From sequence record PX104380.1: a stretch of DNA of 64,000 bases. One strand, given 5' to 3'. Source of the stretch: a phage. The position numbers were made by a program, and so were the translations under genes. Below are positions 28,175 to 37,078 of the stretch, piece by piece (the first letter of the stretch is position 1; each line of letters starts with the position of its first letter). The notes under the pieces were generated by a model. The model was not told the origin of the DNA. It did not search any database and worked only from the letters and a program-made list of their open reading frames with translations.

Positions 28175-28756
28175 CTAACCGAGCTTTTTAGTTAATTCGT
28201 TCCAGTGTTTTCTACACAAAGAAACATAAATTTCATCACCAATACAGATTTGATTACCTTCTTTAACTGGTGTTCCATCTTCCATTAATCGAGCTGTCAT
28301 AATCGCTTTTTTGCCGCAATGACAAACTGCCTTTAGTTCAATAAGTTTATCTGCAATCGCTAAAAGTTCTTTAGAACCTTCAAACAATTTTCCAGCGAAA
28401 TCAGTCCTTAACCCATAAGCCATAACAGGAACATTATATGTATCAACAATTCGACTCAATTGATGCACTTGTTCAGTTTTTAAAAATTGGGCTTCATCTA
28501 CAAATACGCAATGAATATCTTTTTGTGCTTCAGCCCATTTATAGAACTCGAAAATATCCATATCATCTGTAATAATATTCGCTTCCTGTTTAATTCCAAT
28601 GCGAGAAACAACTTCACAGACAGAATCACGAGTATCAATAGCAGGCTTAAGAACTAATACACTCATTCCACGTTCTTTATAATTATGTGCAGCAGTCAAA
28701 AGAGAAGCAGATTTTCCAGCATTCATTGCTGCATAAGTAAAAATTAAACTCGCCAT
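28175..28756 (-). CDS. tk: thymidine kinase (193 aa)
   Basis: P-loop AAMNAGKS, Walker B VFVDEAQF, C-terminal CHCG...C zinc motif. Confidence 0.9.
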   Translation of the reverse strand: MASLIFTYAAMNAGKSASLLTAAHNYKERGMSVLVLKPAIDTRDSVCEVVSRIGIKQEANIITDDMDIFEFYKWAEAQKDIHCVFVDEAQFLKTEQVHQLSRIVDTYNVPVMAYGLRTDFAGKLFEGSKELLAIADKLIELKAVCHCGKKAIMTARLMEDGTPVKEGNQICIGDEIYVSLCRKHWNELTKKLG

Positions 28757-28757
28757 C

Positions 28758-28946
28758 TTAGTCCTTAGTTAAATTTTCTAAATATGTTTCTAAATCATTT
28801 TCAGCTTTATCGATAGATTTTACTAATTCGTAATATGTTTCGGCATCTCCATATTCAGAAGATATTTCAAAAGACAAATCCTTTTCTAAACTAATAATTT
28901 CACCAACTAAAAATAATATTTCGTTCTTTTGTTCGCGAGTAATCAT
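28758..28946 (-). CDS. small helical protein (62 aa), small paralog family
   Basis: TREQKNEILFLVGEI...YLENL. Confidence 0.45.
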   Translation of the reverse strand: MITREQKNEILFLVGEIISLEKDLSFEISSEYGDAETYYELVKSIDKAENDLETYLENLTKD

Positions 28947-29128
28947 AAGGAATTTATATAATCAATGAGTTCTTGTTCTTTATTATCAAATTCTTTGGAA
29001 AGTTCTTCATATTCATTTGCGCTAAAAGGACCGCATTCATTACAAACTTTTTCCAATTCACTATTTTTATCCATAATTTCGTGGATAAGAGAAAAGAGTT
29101 TGTCTTTTTGTTCTTTGCTTAGGCTCAT
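28943..29128 (-). CDS. small helical protein (61 aa), small paralog family
   Basis: SKEQKDKLFSLIHEI...LIDYINSL. Confidence 0.45.
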   Translation of the reverse strand: MSLSKEQKDKLFSLIHEIMDKNSELEKVCNECGPFSANEYEELSKEFDNKEQELIDYINSL

Positions 29129-29294
29129 ATATTAATTTCCAGAAGTTTTAAAATAATTCGCTTTTGCTTAAATATTTCCACAGTTAAATGATCAGTATCT
29201 TTTTGACCAATTCCAATGGCAAAACCTTTATTAACAGCGAGTTCAATTAAATTATCAAGTTCACGTAACACTTCATATTGTAACTCAGAACTAT

Positions 29295-29501
29295 TCATTT
29301 CGGTTTACCTTCTTTAACGAAATCTGGATAAGGATAAAATCCCGAATAAAATCCTTCACCTTTATGATTGATGCATCCTTTATTAGAACAATAGCACCAA
29401 TAATCGAAATCACAAGCCATTTCATCGTTACATAAAGCAAAAACAACCGGCCACTTACACTTTTCACAGTGGGCATTTTTAAGAATACTAGTTTGGCTCA
29501 T
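29295..29501 (-). CDS. small cysteine-rich protein (about 68 aa; start uncertain)
   Basis: Eight Cys in CEKCKW...CNDEMACDFDYWCYCSNKGC. Confidence 0.4.
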   Translation of the reverse strand: MSQTSILKNAHCEKCKWPVVFALCNDEMACDFDYWCYCSNKGCINHKGEGFYSGFYPYPDFVKEGKPK

Positions 29502-29710
29502 AACCATGTAACCTTTAAGCAATATTCTTCTACATGTTGTTTACGACCTTTCTTATCAATAAAGGTATATTCAACGAATGTTCCAATGTAGTCTTTATCT
29601 ACATCATGTGGACTATTAATTGGGCATTTAGTACGGCAAATGCGTTCCCATTGACGAATAATTACTGCTTTGTTTTTAGGATCAAACGGATGTGGGTAAT
29701 GTACTTTCAT
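29498..29710 (-). CDS. hypothetical small protein (70 aa)
   Basis: Minus-strand ORF. Confidence 0.45.
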   Translation of the reverse strand: MKVHYPHPFDPKNKAVIIRQWERICRTKCPINSPHDVDKDYIGTFVEYTFIDKKGRKQHVEEYCLKVTWL

Positions 29711-30161
29711 AATCCACCACTATTAAATCAATATCAGGAGTAAACATGTCGATTAATTTAGAAACCTTATCCCAATCGCCGCCAGCAATACCACAACCTA
29801 TACGTGGAATGTAAATTACTGGTTTAAACAAAAGGGTTTCTGCCTGTAGATTTAATTCTATCATGCAGTTTACTAAAGCACCATAATCAAGATTAGGACC
29901 TGGTTCGTATTGCGTATACAAGTTATAACATATGCCAAACCCATTAGGTTTATGTTTAAAAACAATAGACATATCGCCTAATTTATCACGAGAACCGTAC
30001 TCAGTAGTGGTTTTATCTATTTCTAAAATTTTGGGATAGGCTCTTGCTAATTGACCAGCTACACCACTGCCCATTGTATGAAAACAGTTACACCCGTGCG
30101 CAATAATATTACCTTCAAGAAAGAGGGCGACAATATCGCCCTTGATATATTTTACAATCAT
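29682..30161 (-). CDS. macro-domain (ADP-ribose binding/processing) protein, 159 aa
   Basis: IVALFLEGNIIAHGCNCFHTMGSGVAGQLARAYP resembles the macro-domain glycine-rich ADP-ribose binding region. Confidence 0.55.
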   Translation of the reverse strand: MIVKYIKGDIVALFLEGNIIAHGCNCFHTMGSGVAGQLARAYPKILEIDKTTTEYGSRDKLGDMSIVFKHKPNGFGICYNLYTQYEPGPNLDYGALVNCMIELNLQAETLLFKPVIYIPRIGCGIAGGDWDKVSKLIDMFTPDIDLIVVDYESTLPTSV

Positions 30162-30505
30162 CTAGTACTCAATCCTCGATTATAAGAATCTACTAAACGG
30201 TCAACCATTGAATGACAAGCGGCTTTATCTTTTTCCTCCGCAACTGAACATTCTAGGGTATTCCACTTTTTAGCATATCGTTTTAATAATGTATCGTTTT
30301 TGTATCTGCTTGATTTATCTCTTTCTCCGTCTTTATATGCATATATTAATTTCTGCGCAAATTCAGCTTGGCATGCTTTATTTTTCCCGCAATAATCTGC
30401 CGCAGTGCGGTTCACATACTCCCTAATTTCAGTATATGATGTATCTGCTGACGCATAAGCAGAAAATGAAATTAATCCTATACATAAAACCAAAATTTTA
30501 GTCAT
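30158..30505 (-). CDS. secreted cysteine-containing protein (115 aa, signal peptide)
   Basis: N-terminal MTKILVLCIGLISFSAYASA signal sequence; four Cys. Confidence 0.5.
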   Translation of the reverse strand: MTKILVLCIGLISFSAYASADTSYTEIREYVNRTAADYCGKNKACQAEFAQKLIYAYKDGERDKSSRYKNDTLLKRYAKKWNTLECSVAEEKDKAACHSMVDRLVDSYNRGLSTR

Positions 30506-31043
30506 TTACTATTTCCAAAAGTTTATTATTTTTAAGGTAATTAGCCTTTTCTAGGACTTCAGAAGCATATTTAGAACCTGCTTTAACATTCCATCCCGAA
30601 TTATAAGAGGATATTGCTTTTCTTATATCGCCCTTATGTATATTTAACCAATAAGAAAGTTCAATGTACGCCCAGGAAGCTGAATTGGATCGTTTATTCA
30701 ACATTCTTTTTATTTCAGCATCGGTCATATTATAACCAAGTTCCTTAACTCTCGCTCGCATAGTAGGCAAATAATTTTGGAACATTCCGTAAGCATGATG
30801 TTTTGGTTTAGATTTTAAATTAACTCCGCCAGAGCTTTCTTGCCATAAAATAGCAGCCATTATATGACCTAATCCGCTCTTGTGGATATTTTTGTGTGTT
30901 TTATATTTTCCATCCTTAGAAAATTGTTCCCCGAATTGATACGCGTAACGCATGTTATCGAGTTGGACATTACTGAAAGTATGCTCGGAGCTATGTGCCA
31001 TCATTGAAATGGCCAATAGACCAGCGAGTAGTGCTTTTCTCAT
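30498..31043 (-). CDS. secreted lytic-transglycosylase-like (SLT domain) protein, 181 aa
   Basis: Signal peptide MRKALLAGLLAISMMAHS; ILWQESSGG ... YGMFQ resembles SLT catalytic region. Confidence 0.5.
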   Translation of the reverse strand: MRKALLAGLLAISMMAHSSEHTFSNVQLDNMRYAYQFGEQFSKDGKYKTHKNIHKSGLGHIMAAILWQESSGGVNLKSKPKHHAYGMFQNYLPTMRARVKELGYNMTDAEIKRMLNKRSNSASWAYIELSYWLNIHKGDIRKAISSYNSGWNVKAGSKYASEVLEKANYLKNNKLLEIVND

Positions 31044-31050
31044 GTTTACC

Positions 31051-31512
31051 TCATTGAGTTTTAATTACTGCTTTAGAAGCCTTTCCTGGTAAACGACGAC
31101 TGTTGATAATTGCCATCCTACATTGAAGTGACGGGTCTTTGAACTTCTCATTAGGTTTACAAACTGTAAATCCAAGCCAAAGATTTCCATCTGTAATTTC
31201 TAAACGTCCAGGACGATATTCAACTCCATCAATAAAATCCTCATCAATGTCAGGACGCGGAGGCATACTCAGGAATTCATTAACTTCTAAAACATGGTCT
31301 TTTATTTTATGGAATAATTCAAAAACATATGTCTCATCAATCTCCCGTTGAATTGCACGATCAAGAAGATGTTGAGAATATTTTAGATGAAACGATGAGA
31401 CCCCTGCTGCTTTTGATGCCTCACGAATCTCATTGTTAATTTGACGAAACTCCGACTCAAAGTGACGACGAAGCTTATTTCGACGGATAAAAACTTCTGT
31501 ATTGATAGTCAT
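31051..31512 (-). CDS. regB: sequence-specific endoribonuclease RegB (153 aa)
   Basis: Length and position; early promoter directly upstream. Confidence 0.65.
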   Translation of the reverse strand: MTINTEVFIRRNKLRRHFESEFRQINNEIREASKAAGVSSFHLKYSQHLLDRAIQREIDETYVFELFHKIKDHVLEVNEFLSMPPRPDIDEDFIDGVEYRPGRLEITDGNLWLGFTVCKPNEKFKDPSLQCRMAIINSRRLPGKASKAVIKTQ

Positions 31513-31539
31513 GTTATTCTCCTCTTAACTGATAGAAAA

Positions 31540-31569
31540 ATTATACCACAGTCAAGAGGAAAAGTAAAC
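31540..31569 (-). promoter_or_regulatory. T4 early-type promoter upstream of regB
   Basis: Minus-strand GTTTACTTTTCCTCTTGACTGTGGTATAAT. Confidence 0.6.
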
Positions 31570-31571
31570 AG

Positions 31572-31850
31572 TTATTCTTTAAATCTAATCAATTTATTCA
31601 TAGACTTTGAAACTTCTGCACGAACCTCATGTAAGTTTTTAAGCTGTTCAAGACGCTGCGTATAGTAAGCAATTTCATCTTCTTCGAGACAGTCCTGTGA
31701 ATCTTCTTTAAGATAACGTGCATAGTCCTGAAAAGCTTTACGGACTACTTCCTGGAAGTCATCAAGACTTTGAATTTTCTTAGGAGCGGCAGATACACGA
31801 CGAGGTGCAGTATAATACTCATAACCAAACCCTGCACTTAATTGAGCCAT
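31572..31850 (-). CDS. hypothetical protein (92 aa from TAATG-coupled start)
   Basis: Minus-strand ORF. Confidence 0.45.
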   Translation of the reverse strand: MAQLSAGFGYEYYTAPRRVSAAPKKIQSLDDFQEVVRKAFQDYARYLKEDSQDCLEEDEIAYYTQRLEQLKNLHEVRAEVSKSMNKLIRFKE

Positions 31851-32116
31851 TAGTATTTTTCCTCTGGTTGGAACACTGCACGACAAGCCCACATACTGGC
31901 TTCTTTGAGTTTCGTTTTAGCAATAGTTAACTGATCGAGGCTTTCAGCATAATTCTTCGCGAGTTCATCATCTTCACAGCTATCAAATGCTTCCCAAAAT
32001 TCATCGTATAAAGCATCAAAGATAAGTCCTAAACGAACTTCAGCGTCTTTGATAGCATTCACTTTACTGATTTTCTCTTCGGTATGCGGCTTATAACCCT
32101 TAATATCTTCAATCAT
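31850..32116 (-). CDS. small protein in the position of T4 vs.4 (possible Acb2-type anti-CBASS nucleotide sponge), 88 aa
   Basis: Assigned by gene order and size only; AAGGAAG SD before ATG at 32116. Confidence 0.3.
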   Translation of the reverse strand: MIEDIKGYKPHTEEKISKVNAIKDAEVRLGLIFDALYDEFWEAFDSCEDDELAKNYAESLDQLTIAKTKLKEASMWACRAVFQPEEKY

Positions 32117-32330
32117 ATTTGACTTCCTTACCAGTACATAAATCATATTCAACTAAACGAATAGGTTCATGAATGCCATATCCCTGAACAGAAATTTCTG
32201 TCGTGGGATAAATTCCATCAATATCACCCATATTCCAGGCTTCATTAAATTGCTGTTCGCCTGAATTACTAAACCACTCGGCGAAAGCATTTAGCACATC
32301 TTCAGAACCTTCAATAATTATCTTTGCCAT
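32109..32330 (-). CDS. hypothetical acidic protein (73 aa)
   Basis: Minus-strand ORF. Confidence 0.45.
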   Translation of the reverse strand: MAKIIIEGSEDVLNAFAEWFSNSGEQQFNEAWNMGDIDGIYPTTEISVQGYGIHEPIRLVEYDLCTGKEVKYD

Positions 32331-32692
32331 TACAAACTCTCGGTGAAGGTACGAGCGATAACGTCGCGCTGCTGTTCCGGAGTCAGAGAGTTAAAGCGAA
32401 CTGCATAACCGGATACACGGATGGTCAGCTGCGGATATTTTTCCGGATGCTTAACTGCATCTTCCAGAGTTTCACGACGCAGAACGTTAACGTTCAGGTG
32501 TTGACCACCTTCAATTTTAACTGTAGGTTGTGTTTCAATTTCAATTTCACGGGCATGCAAACCGTAGAAAATTTCCGGGTCTACAAAAGAGTCCTCTTTA
32601 AAGGTTTTAGAGACAATAATTCGTGCTTGAATACCATCTTCAAAATAAATAGTACCTTTATGTGTGCCTTCAAGAATTTGATATGCTTTCAT
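32330..32692 (-). CDS. autonomous glycyl-radical cofactor-like protein (GrcA/YfiD-like), 120 aa
   Basis: C-terminal [25 protein letters not shown] is the glycyl-radical signature. Confidence 0.75.
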   Translation of the reverse strand: MKAYQILEGTHKGTIYFEDGIQARIIVSKTFKEDSFVDPEIFYGLHAREIEIETQPTVKIEGGQHLNVNVLRRETLEDAVKHPEKYPQLTIRVSGYAVRFNSLTPEQQRDVIARTFTESL

Positions 32693-32699
32693 ATAAACC

Positions 32700-33080
32700 T
32701 CAATTAGAAAATAAATTTATCCAAGATTGTTCTTTAATTAAAAACGGCTCAGAATCATATGCCATTAAACTTTGCGTAATTAATCCTTTAAAAGGTCCAT
32801 CAATAAATTCCATGGTAAAATATGGAATTTTATTCATTAGCCGTGCATTAGGAGCAGTACATAAAACTCTGCATCCTTTGAATACACCTTTTTGTAATTT
32901 GTATTGCTTGGGATAAAATTCGCTCAAAATGTTATTATTTGCTAAAATTTCAAAATGATTCACCAATTTATTTTTAATAGTTTTTGGCGAAAAATAAAGA
33001 TATTCGAAAAGTTGCGTATCTGTCATCATTGCATTCCAATTACGAAAAACTGCGGACGAGTAATACCACCAATACAGCAT
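32700..33080 (-). CDS. hypothetical protein (start uncertain)
   Basis: Minus-strand ORF. Confidence 0.4.
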   Translation of the reverse strand: MLYWWYYSSAVFRNWNAMMTDTQLFEYLYFSPKTIKNKLVNHFEILANNNILSEFYPKQYKLQKGVFKGCRVLCTAPNARLMNKIPYFTMEFIDGPFKGLITQSLMAYDSEPFLIKEQSWINLFSN

Positions 33081-33679
33081 TTACTATTGCAGCAATATTG
33101 CACAGTTTCAATATGAATATCGTAAATTTTATCCATATCAGGAGATTTAACAGGCTCATCGATTATATACAAAATTCGAGAAAGCGATAAACCTCTGAAC
33201 TTGCTACCTCTATTACCAACAAAACTACGGACAGAATCAGTAAATAAACGAAAACGTATATCATCATTAGAATAACGCGAAAATTCCTTTTTAATGTTAT
33301 TTGCAGAAATTTCAGCGTAAGCTGAAGTATTAGAAAGAACAATAACTGTTCCGCCATCATACAGCCAATTAGCAGCAAAGTTAGTCACAGCAATTGATTT
33401 ACCGGATTGACGTCCACCATCTATACGAAGTGTGCAGTACTGTTTAAGTAATTCTTCAAATGGCGGGATATATTCGTTTTTACAAATTTCTTCTACTCTA
33501 GCATCAGAATGGTGTGTAAAAGCATTCATCAGGGATAGATACGGGCCAGTTAAAAATGTTCTCATATTATTTCTCTTAAGGTTTTTGGGCCATTCCATGG
33601 CACATGAGTTGTCCATTCCTGCATTACCCATTACCGCACTTGGGCTCGACCTTATTACAGGTTGGCGGGAATCCCTCAT
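33026..33679 (-). CDS. small P-loop NTPase-like protein (start uncertain)
   Basis: GGRQSGKS Walker A-like and ILYIIDEP Walker B-like motifs. Confidence 0.45.
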   Translation of the reverse strand: MRDSRQPVIRSSPSAVMGNAGMDNSCAMEWPKNLKRNNMRTFLTGPYLSLMNAFTHHSDARVEEICKNEYIPPFEELLKQYCTLRIDGGRQSGKSIAVTNFAANWLYDGGTVIVLSNTSAYAEISANNIKKEFSRYSNDDIRFRLFTDSVRSFVGNRGSKFRGLSLSRILYIIDEPVKSPDMDKIYDIHIETVQYCCNSKCCIGGITRPQFFVIGMQ

Positions 33680-33708
33680 AGAATCATGAGGTCCAGGTTG
33701 TTCCCATA

Positions 33709-34182
33709 TTATTTGAACGATTTAACGTACTGAATAGAACCTTTACTATTTACAAAGGCAATTTTACCATTTTTATTATACATGGTAGCAGTACGTTGAT
33801 AACCATAAGTTTGTTTACCAGATTGATAACCAACTAATGCGAAATTATCTTCGCCCATTTTATTCTGTTTAGCGCGAATGCGTTCATGACCATGTGCCAT
33901 AAGAACCTTAGCATCACCAGTTACAATGGATCGACGAGTTTTTTCATCTTCAACTGTATTAACAAAGTCGTCAAATGAATCAAATTTAGCATGAGATTTA
34001 TTATACAGTTTTCCATCTACTGCATAATTATATCCCTGTACATCCATCTCAACTTCTGTACCATCATCCAATACAGCAGTAATTTTCTGTCCTTTTTTAA
34101 ATTTCAAAAGATCAGTAAAAGATTCAGCAATAATTTGAGAATTAATAGCTGCTTCAGTGATAAATTCTTGATATGTTTTCAT
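33709..34182 (-). CDS. capsid internal protein with MKTYQEF capsid-targeting sequence (157 aa)
   Basis: N-terminus MKTYQEFITEA matches the internal-protein capsid-targeting sequence; sits next to e as ipIII does in T4. Confidence 0.65.
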   Translation of the reverse strand: MKTYQEFITEAAINSQIIAESFTDLLKFKKGQKITAVLDDGTEVEMDVQGYNYAVDGKLYNKSHAKFDSFDDFVNTVEDEKTRRSIVTGDAKVLMAHGHERIRAKQNKMGEDNFALVGYQSGKQTYGYQRTATMYNKNGKIAFVNSKGSIQYVKSFK

Positions 34183-34237
34183 GTGTTTCCTTTAAATATT
34201 TTAATTAGTAATTTGTCTCTTCAAGCAACTGTGAATA

Positions 34238-34266
34238 TACTATCACAATTCTAGGAGAAAGTAAAC
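34238..34266 (-). promoter_or_regulatory. T4 early-type promoter upstream of internal-protein gene
   Basis: Minus-strand GTTTACTTTCTCCTAGAATTGTGATAGTAT. Confidence 0.5.
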
Positions 34267-34270
34267 AACT

Positions 34271-34801
<531 letters not shown>

Positions 34802-35257
34802 TTAAAAGAGGCTGTTCATTATTCGGTAAAGTGAAGGACCCATCACATATTGCCACTGAGTACGAGGAATAAGAGCAAAAGCATCCATCTCTGGAATCAT
34901 AACGCCATCTTTATTTTCAAAATAAGACTCGCAATGGCAATTTCTGAACATCTCATGCTCTACTGGAATCGTATAATAAAATAACTGTAAGTCTTTATTA
35001 CTAGAATATTTAAATACACCTAGGTCTTCTAGAAGGTCTGGATTATAATTGCTAAAACCGGTCTCTTCTAAGCATTCTCTTTTTGCAGCTTCCAATGCAT
35101 TCAAATCAGAATTTTCTACGCGGCCCTTTGGAATATCCCAACGATGTGCCATCATTCCAGGCTTACGAGAACCAGTAACCCGACCCATAAATAAATCTTT
35201 ATCTTCTGTCATAAAGATAATACCAGCTGATAGTGTTTTCATTTTAATTTCCTGCAT
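34802..35257 (-). CDS. nudE: Nudix hydrolase NudE (151 aa)
   Basis: Nudix box GRVENSDLNALEAAKRECLEETG. Confidence 0.85.
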   Translation of the reverse strand: MQEIKMKTLSAGIIFMTEDKDLFMGRVTGSRKPGMMAHRWDIPKGRVENSDLNALEAAKRECLEETGFSNYNPDLLEDLGVFKYSSNKDLQLFYYTIPVEHEMFRNCHCESYFENKDGVMIPEMDAFALIPRTQWQYVMGPSLYRIMNSLF

Positions 35258-35727
35258 TCAGTGATAAAGTTATTTAAATTTTGAGTATATTTCTTTTCAT
35301 CAAAAATCTTTTGTTGTCTGCGTAAACGCCATGGCATTTCAATGAACACGCACCACATTCCTGATAATATTGCTGCTGTCAAAATATTAACAAGCATAAT
35401 TAAAAGAATCCAATCTCCTGTTCTGCCTATTGGACTTTCACCAAAGAAGCAAAATACAAATGATGTCACAGGAAAACTAATGATATACCACAGAATCATA
35501 ATCTTATTTGTAAACCAATCAGCGTTCGTTAGCTTAGCGCGACCATTATGAATACACACGAATTTATCATCTGTTATAATAGATGGCTTAGCTGCTTGAT
35601 ATCCCATTCTAAACTCCCTAATCAACAAATTTTTCATATCTTCGGAACAACCATTCCAGTCAACTCTATTAACTGAAATGCCATCATCCCCATCATCTAA
35701 ATCATACCAGCGAGTTTTTAAAATCAT
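35239..35727 (-). CDS. membrane protein (162 aa)
   Basis: Hydrophobic helices in C-terminal half. Confidence 0.5.
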   Translation of the reverse strand: MILKTRWYDLDDGDDGISVNRVDWNGCSEDMKNLLIREFRMGYQAAKPSIITDDKFVCIHNGRAKLTNADWFTNKIMILWYIISFPVTSFVFCFFGESPIGRTGDWILLIMLVNILTAAILSGMWCVFIEMPWRLRRQQKIFDEKKYTQNLNNFITECRKLK

Positions 35728-36086
35728 TTAATTTTCCTGCAATCACTCACAAACTCTTCCATTGATTCTTTTTCAATATAAGACATGTAGTTGTTATATT
35801 CCTTTAATTGTATTTTGTAATCCTTTTTTCTTTGCCAATTTATTTTAAAATTATCATAATGAAAATATAACATGGTACCAAAGAATGAAAATAATGAAAT
35901 AATTTTAGTATAGTGAAGTTCACTCCAAACTTCTATTATATTTACTGTGCCGTCAATGTTTAAAATAATACAGTCAATTAACAATCCAAAAAGACTACCC
36001 GCAAGAGCTGCAGCCAACGCCACAGCAAAAATTAAAAATGACTCAGGAAGAGAATATTTGACTTTATTTAGTTTTGGCTTTTGCAT
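35724..36086 (-). CDS. membrane protein (120 aa)
   Basis: Two hydrophobic helices. Confidence 0.5.
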   Translation of the reverse strand: MQKPKLNKVKYSLPESFLIFAVALAAALAGSLFGLLIDCIILNIDGTVNIIEVWSELHYTKIISLFSFFGTMLYFHYDNFKINWQRKKDYKIQLKEYNNYMSYIEKESMEEFVSDCRKIK

Positions 36087-36460
36087 CGTGATTCCTTAAC
36101 AAATTTCATAATTTCATCAAATTCATGTGCAGCAAGTTTAAGCTGATGTTCCTTTTTAATCTTTTTACACTGGGCTTTCCAATCACGTACACGTTTACGA
36201 TAGTGTCTTCCTTGATACCAGTATCCCACCCAATTTACAGGTACTAATAAAAATGGAACTATCATTGGAAGAATTAGTGTTGACGCAAATATTACATTAG
36301 ATTCAATATCAGTCATAACATCTATAACTATTCCAACCCCCAGTAGAATTACAAATGATACAGCTATTACAGGACCTATTAATACATCAGTAGAAATTAG
36401 CTGGCGCTTTAATTCATACTTCAACGGTTTACTTGGAAGATACATTGATGGCTTTGACAT
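36068..36460 (-). CDS. membrane protein (130 aa)
   Basis: Two hydrophobic helices. Confidence 0.5.
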   Translation of the reverse strand: MSKPSMYLPSKPLKYELKRQLISTDVLIGPVIAVSFVILLGVGIVIDVMTDIESNVIFASTLILPMIVPFLLVPVNWVGYWYQGRHYRKRVRDWKAQCKKIKKEHQLKLAAHEFDEIMKFVKESRCKSQN

Positions 36461-37037
36461 ATTCTCTACATTCCTTCACAAATTTTTCTAATAATAAATC
36501 GCTTTCAAAATTGGGATTTTCCACGAATTTATCAAAAAGATCATCAACAATAGTTAAGATATTCTTTTTACTAAGAATACGCTTATTTTCATGCTTCGTT
36601 TCAGAATCAACTATAAGAGTAAAGAAATATTTCTTGCCCTGAAATTTTACAGTAGTATCAATATAGAATAAATTTGACTTTTGTAAATTACGTTTAAACC
36701 ATGCATCACTTAAACTATAAACGCCAAGATAATCATAATCGTCGTTTAAATAACAGACCGTCCATTCAGGAGAAACAAAATCAGTAAATTCAACGTCAAA
36801 ATCGCATGTTAATGAATGAATTGATTCAATACTGTTAATAAGTATTCCAGGACGTATTAAAGACTTTTTACCTCTAGAAAATCTTCCAGAAAGATTTTCA
36901 TCAGTTTCATATGAAGAACCCCAATAATAATTACGTCCTTCTGCCATACGTTTAAGAGCATTTAATAATTGGTCTGGAACATCAACTCGTCTTTGGAACT
37001 CTTCAAACATTGAATTGAAATCACTTTGCATTTTCAT
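36429..37037 (-). CDS. hypothetical protein (202 aa)
   Basis: Minus-strand ORF with SD GGAGTAAG. Confidence 0.55.
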   Translation of the reverse strand: MKMQSDFNSMFEEFQRRVDVPDQLLNALKRMAEGRNYYWGSSYETDENLSGRFSRGKKSLIRPGILINSIESIHSLTCDFDVEFTDFVSPEWTVCYLNDDYDYLGVYSLSDAWFKRNLQKSNLFYIDTTVKFQGKKYFFTLIVDSETKHENKRILSKKNILTIVDDLFDKFVENPNFESDLLLEKFVKECREYVKAINVSSK

Positions 37038-37057
37038 TCCTACTTACTCCAAGTAAT

Positions 37058-37073
37058 AGGGGCCGAAGCCCCT
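37058..37073 (-). other. intergenic G+C hairpin with UUCG tetraloop (RNA stability/processing element)
   Basis: aggggc-cgaa-gcccct inverted repeat between two genes, no U-run. Confidence 0.45.
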
Positions 37074-37078
37074 TATCA

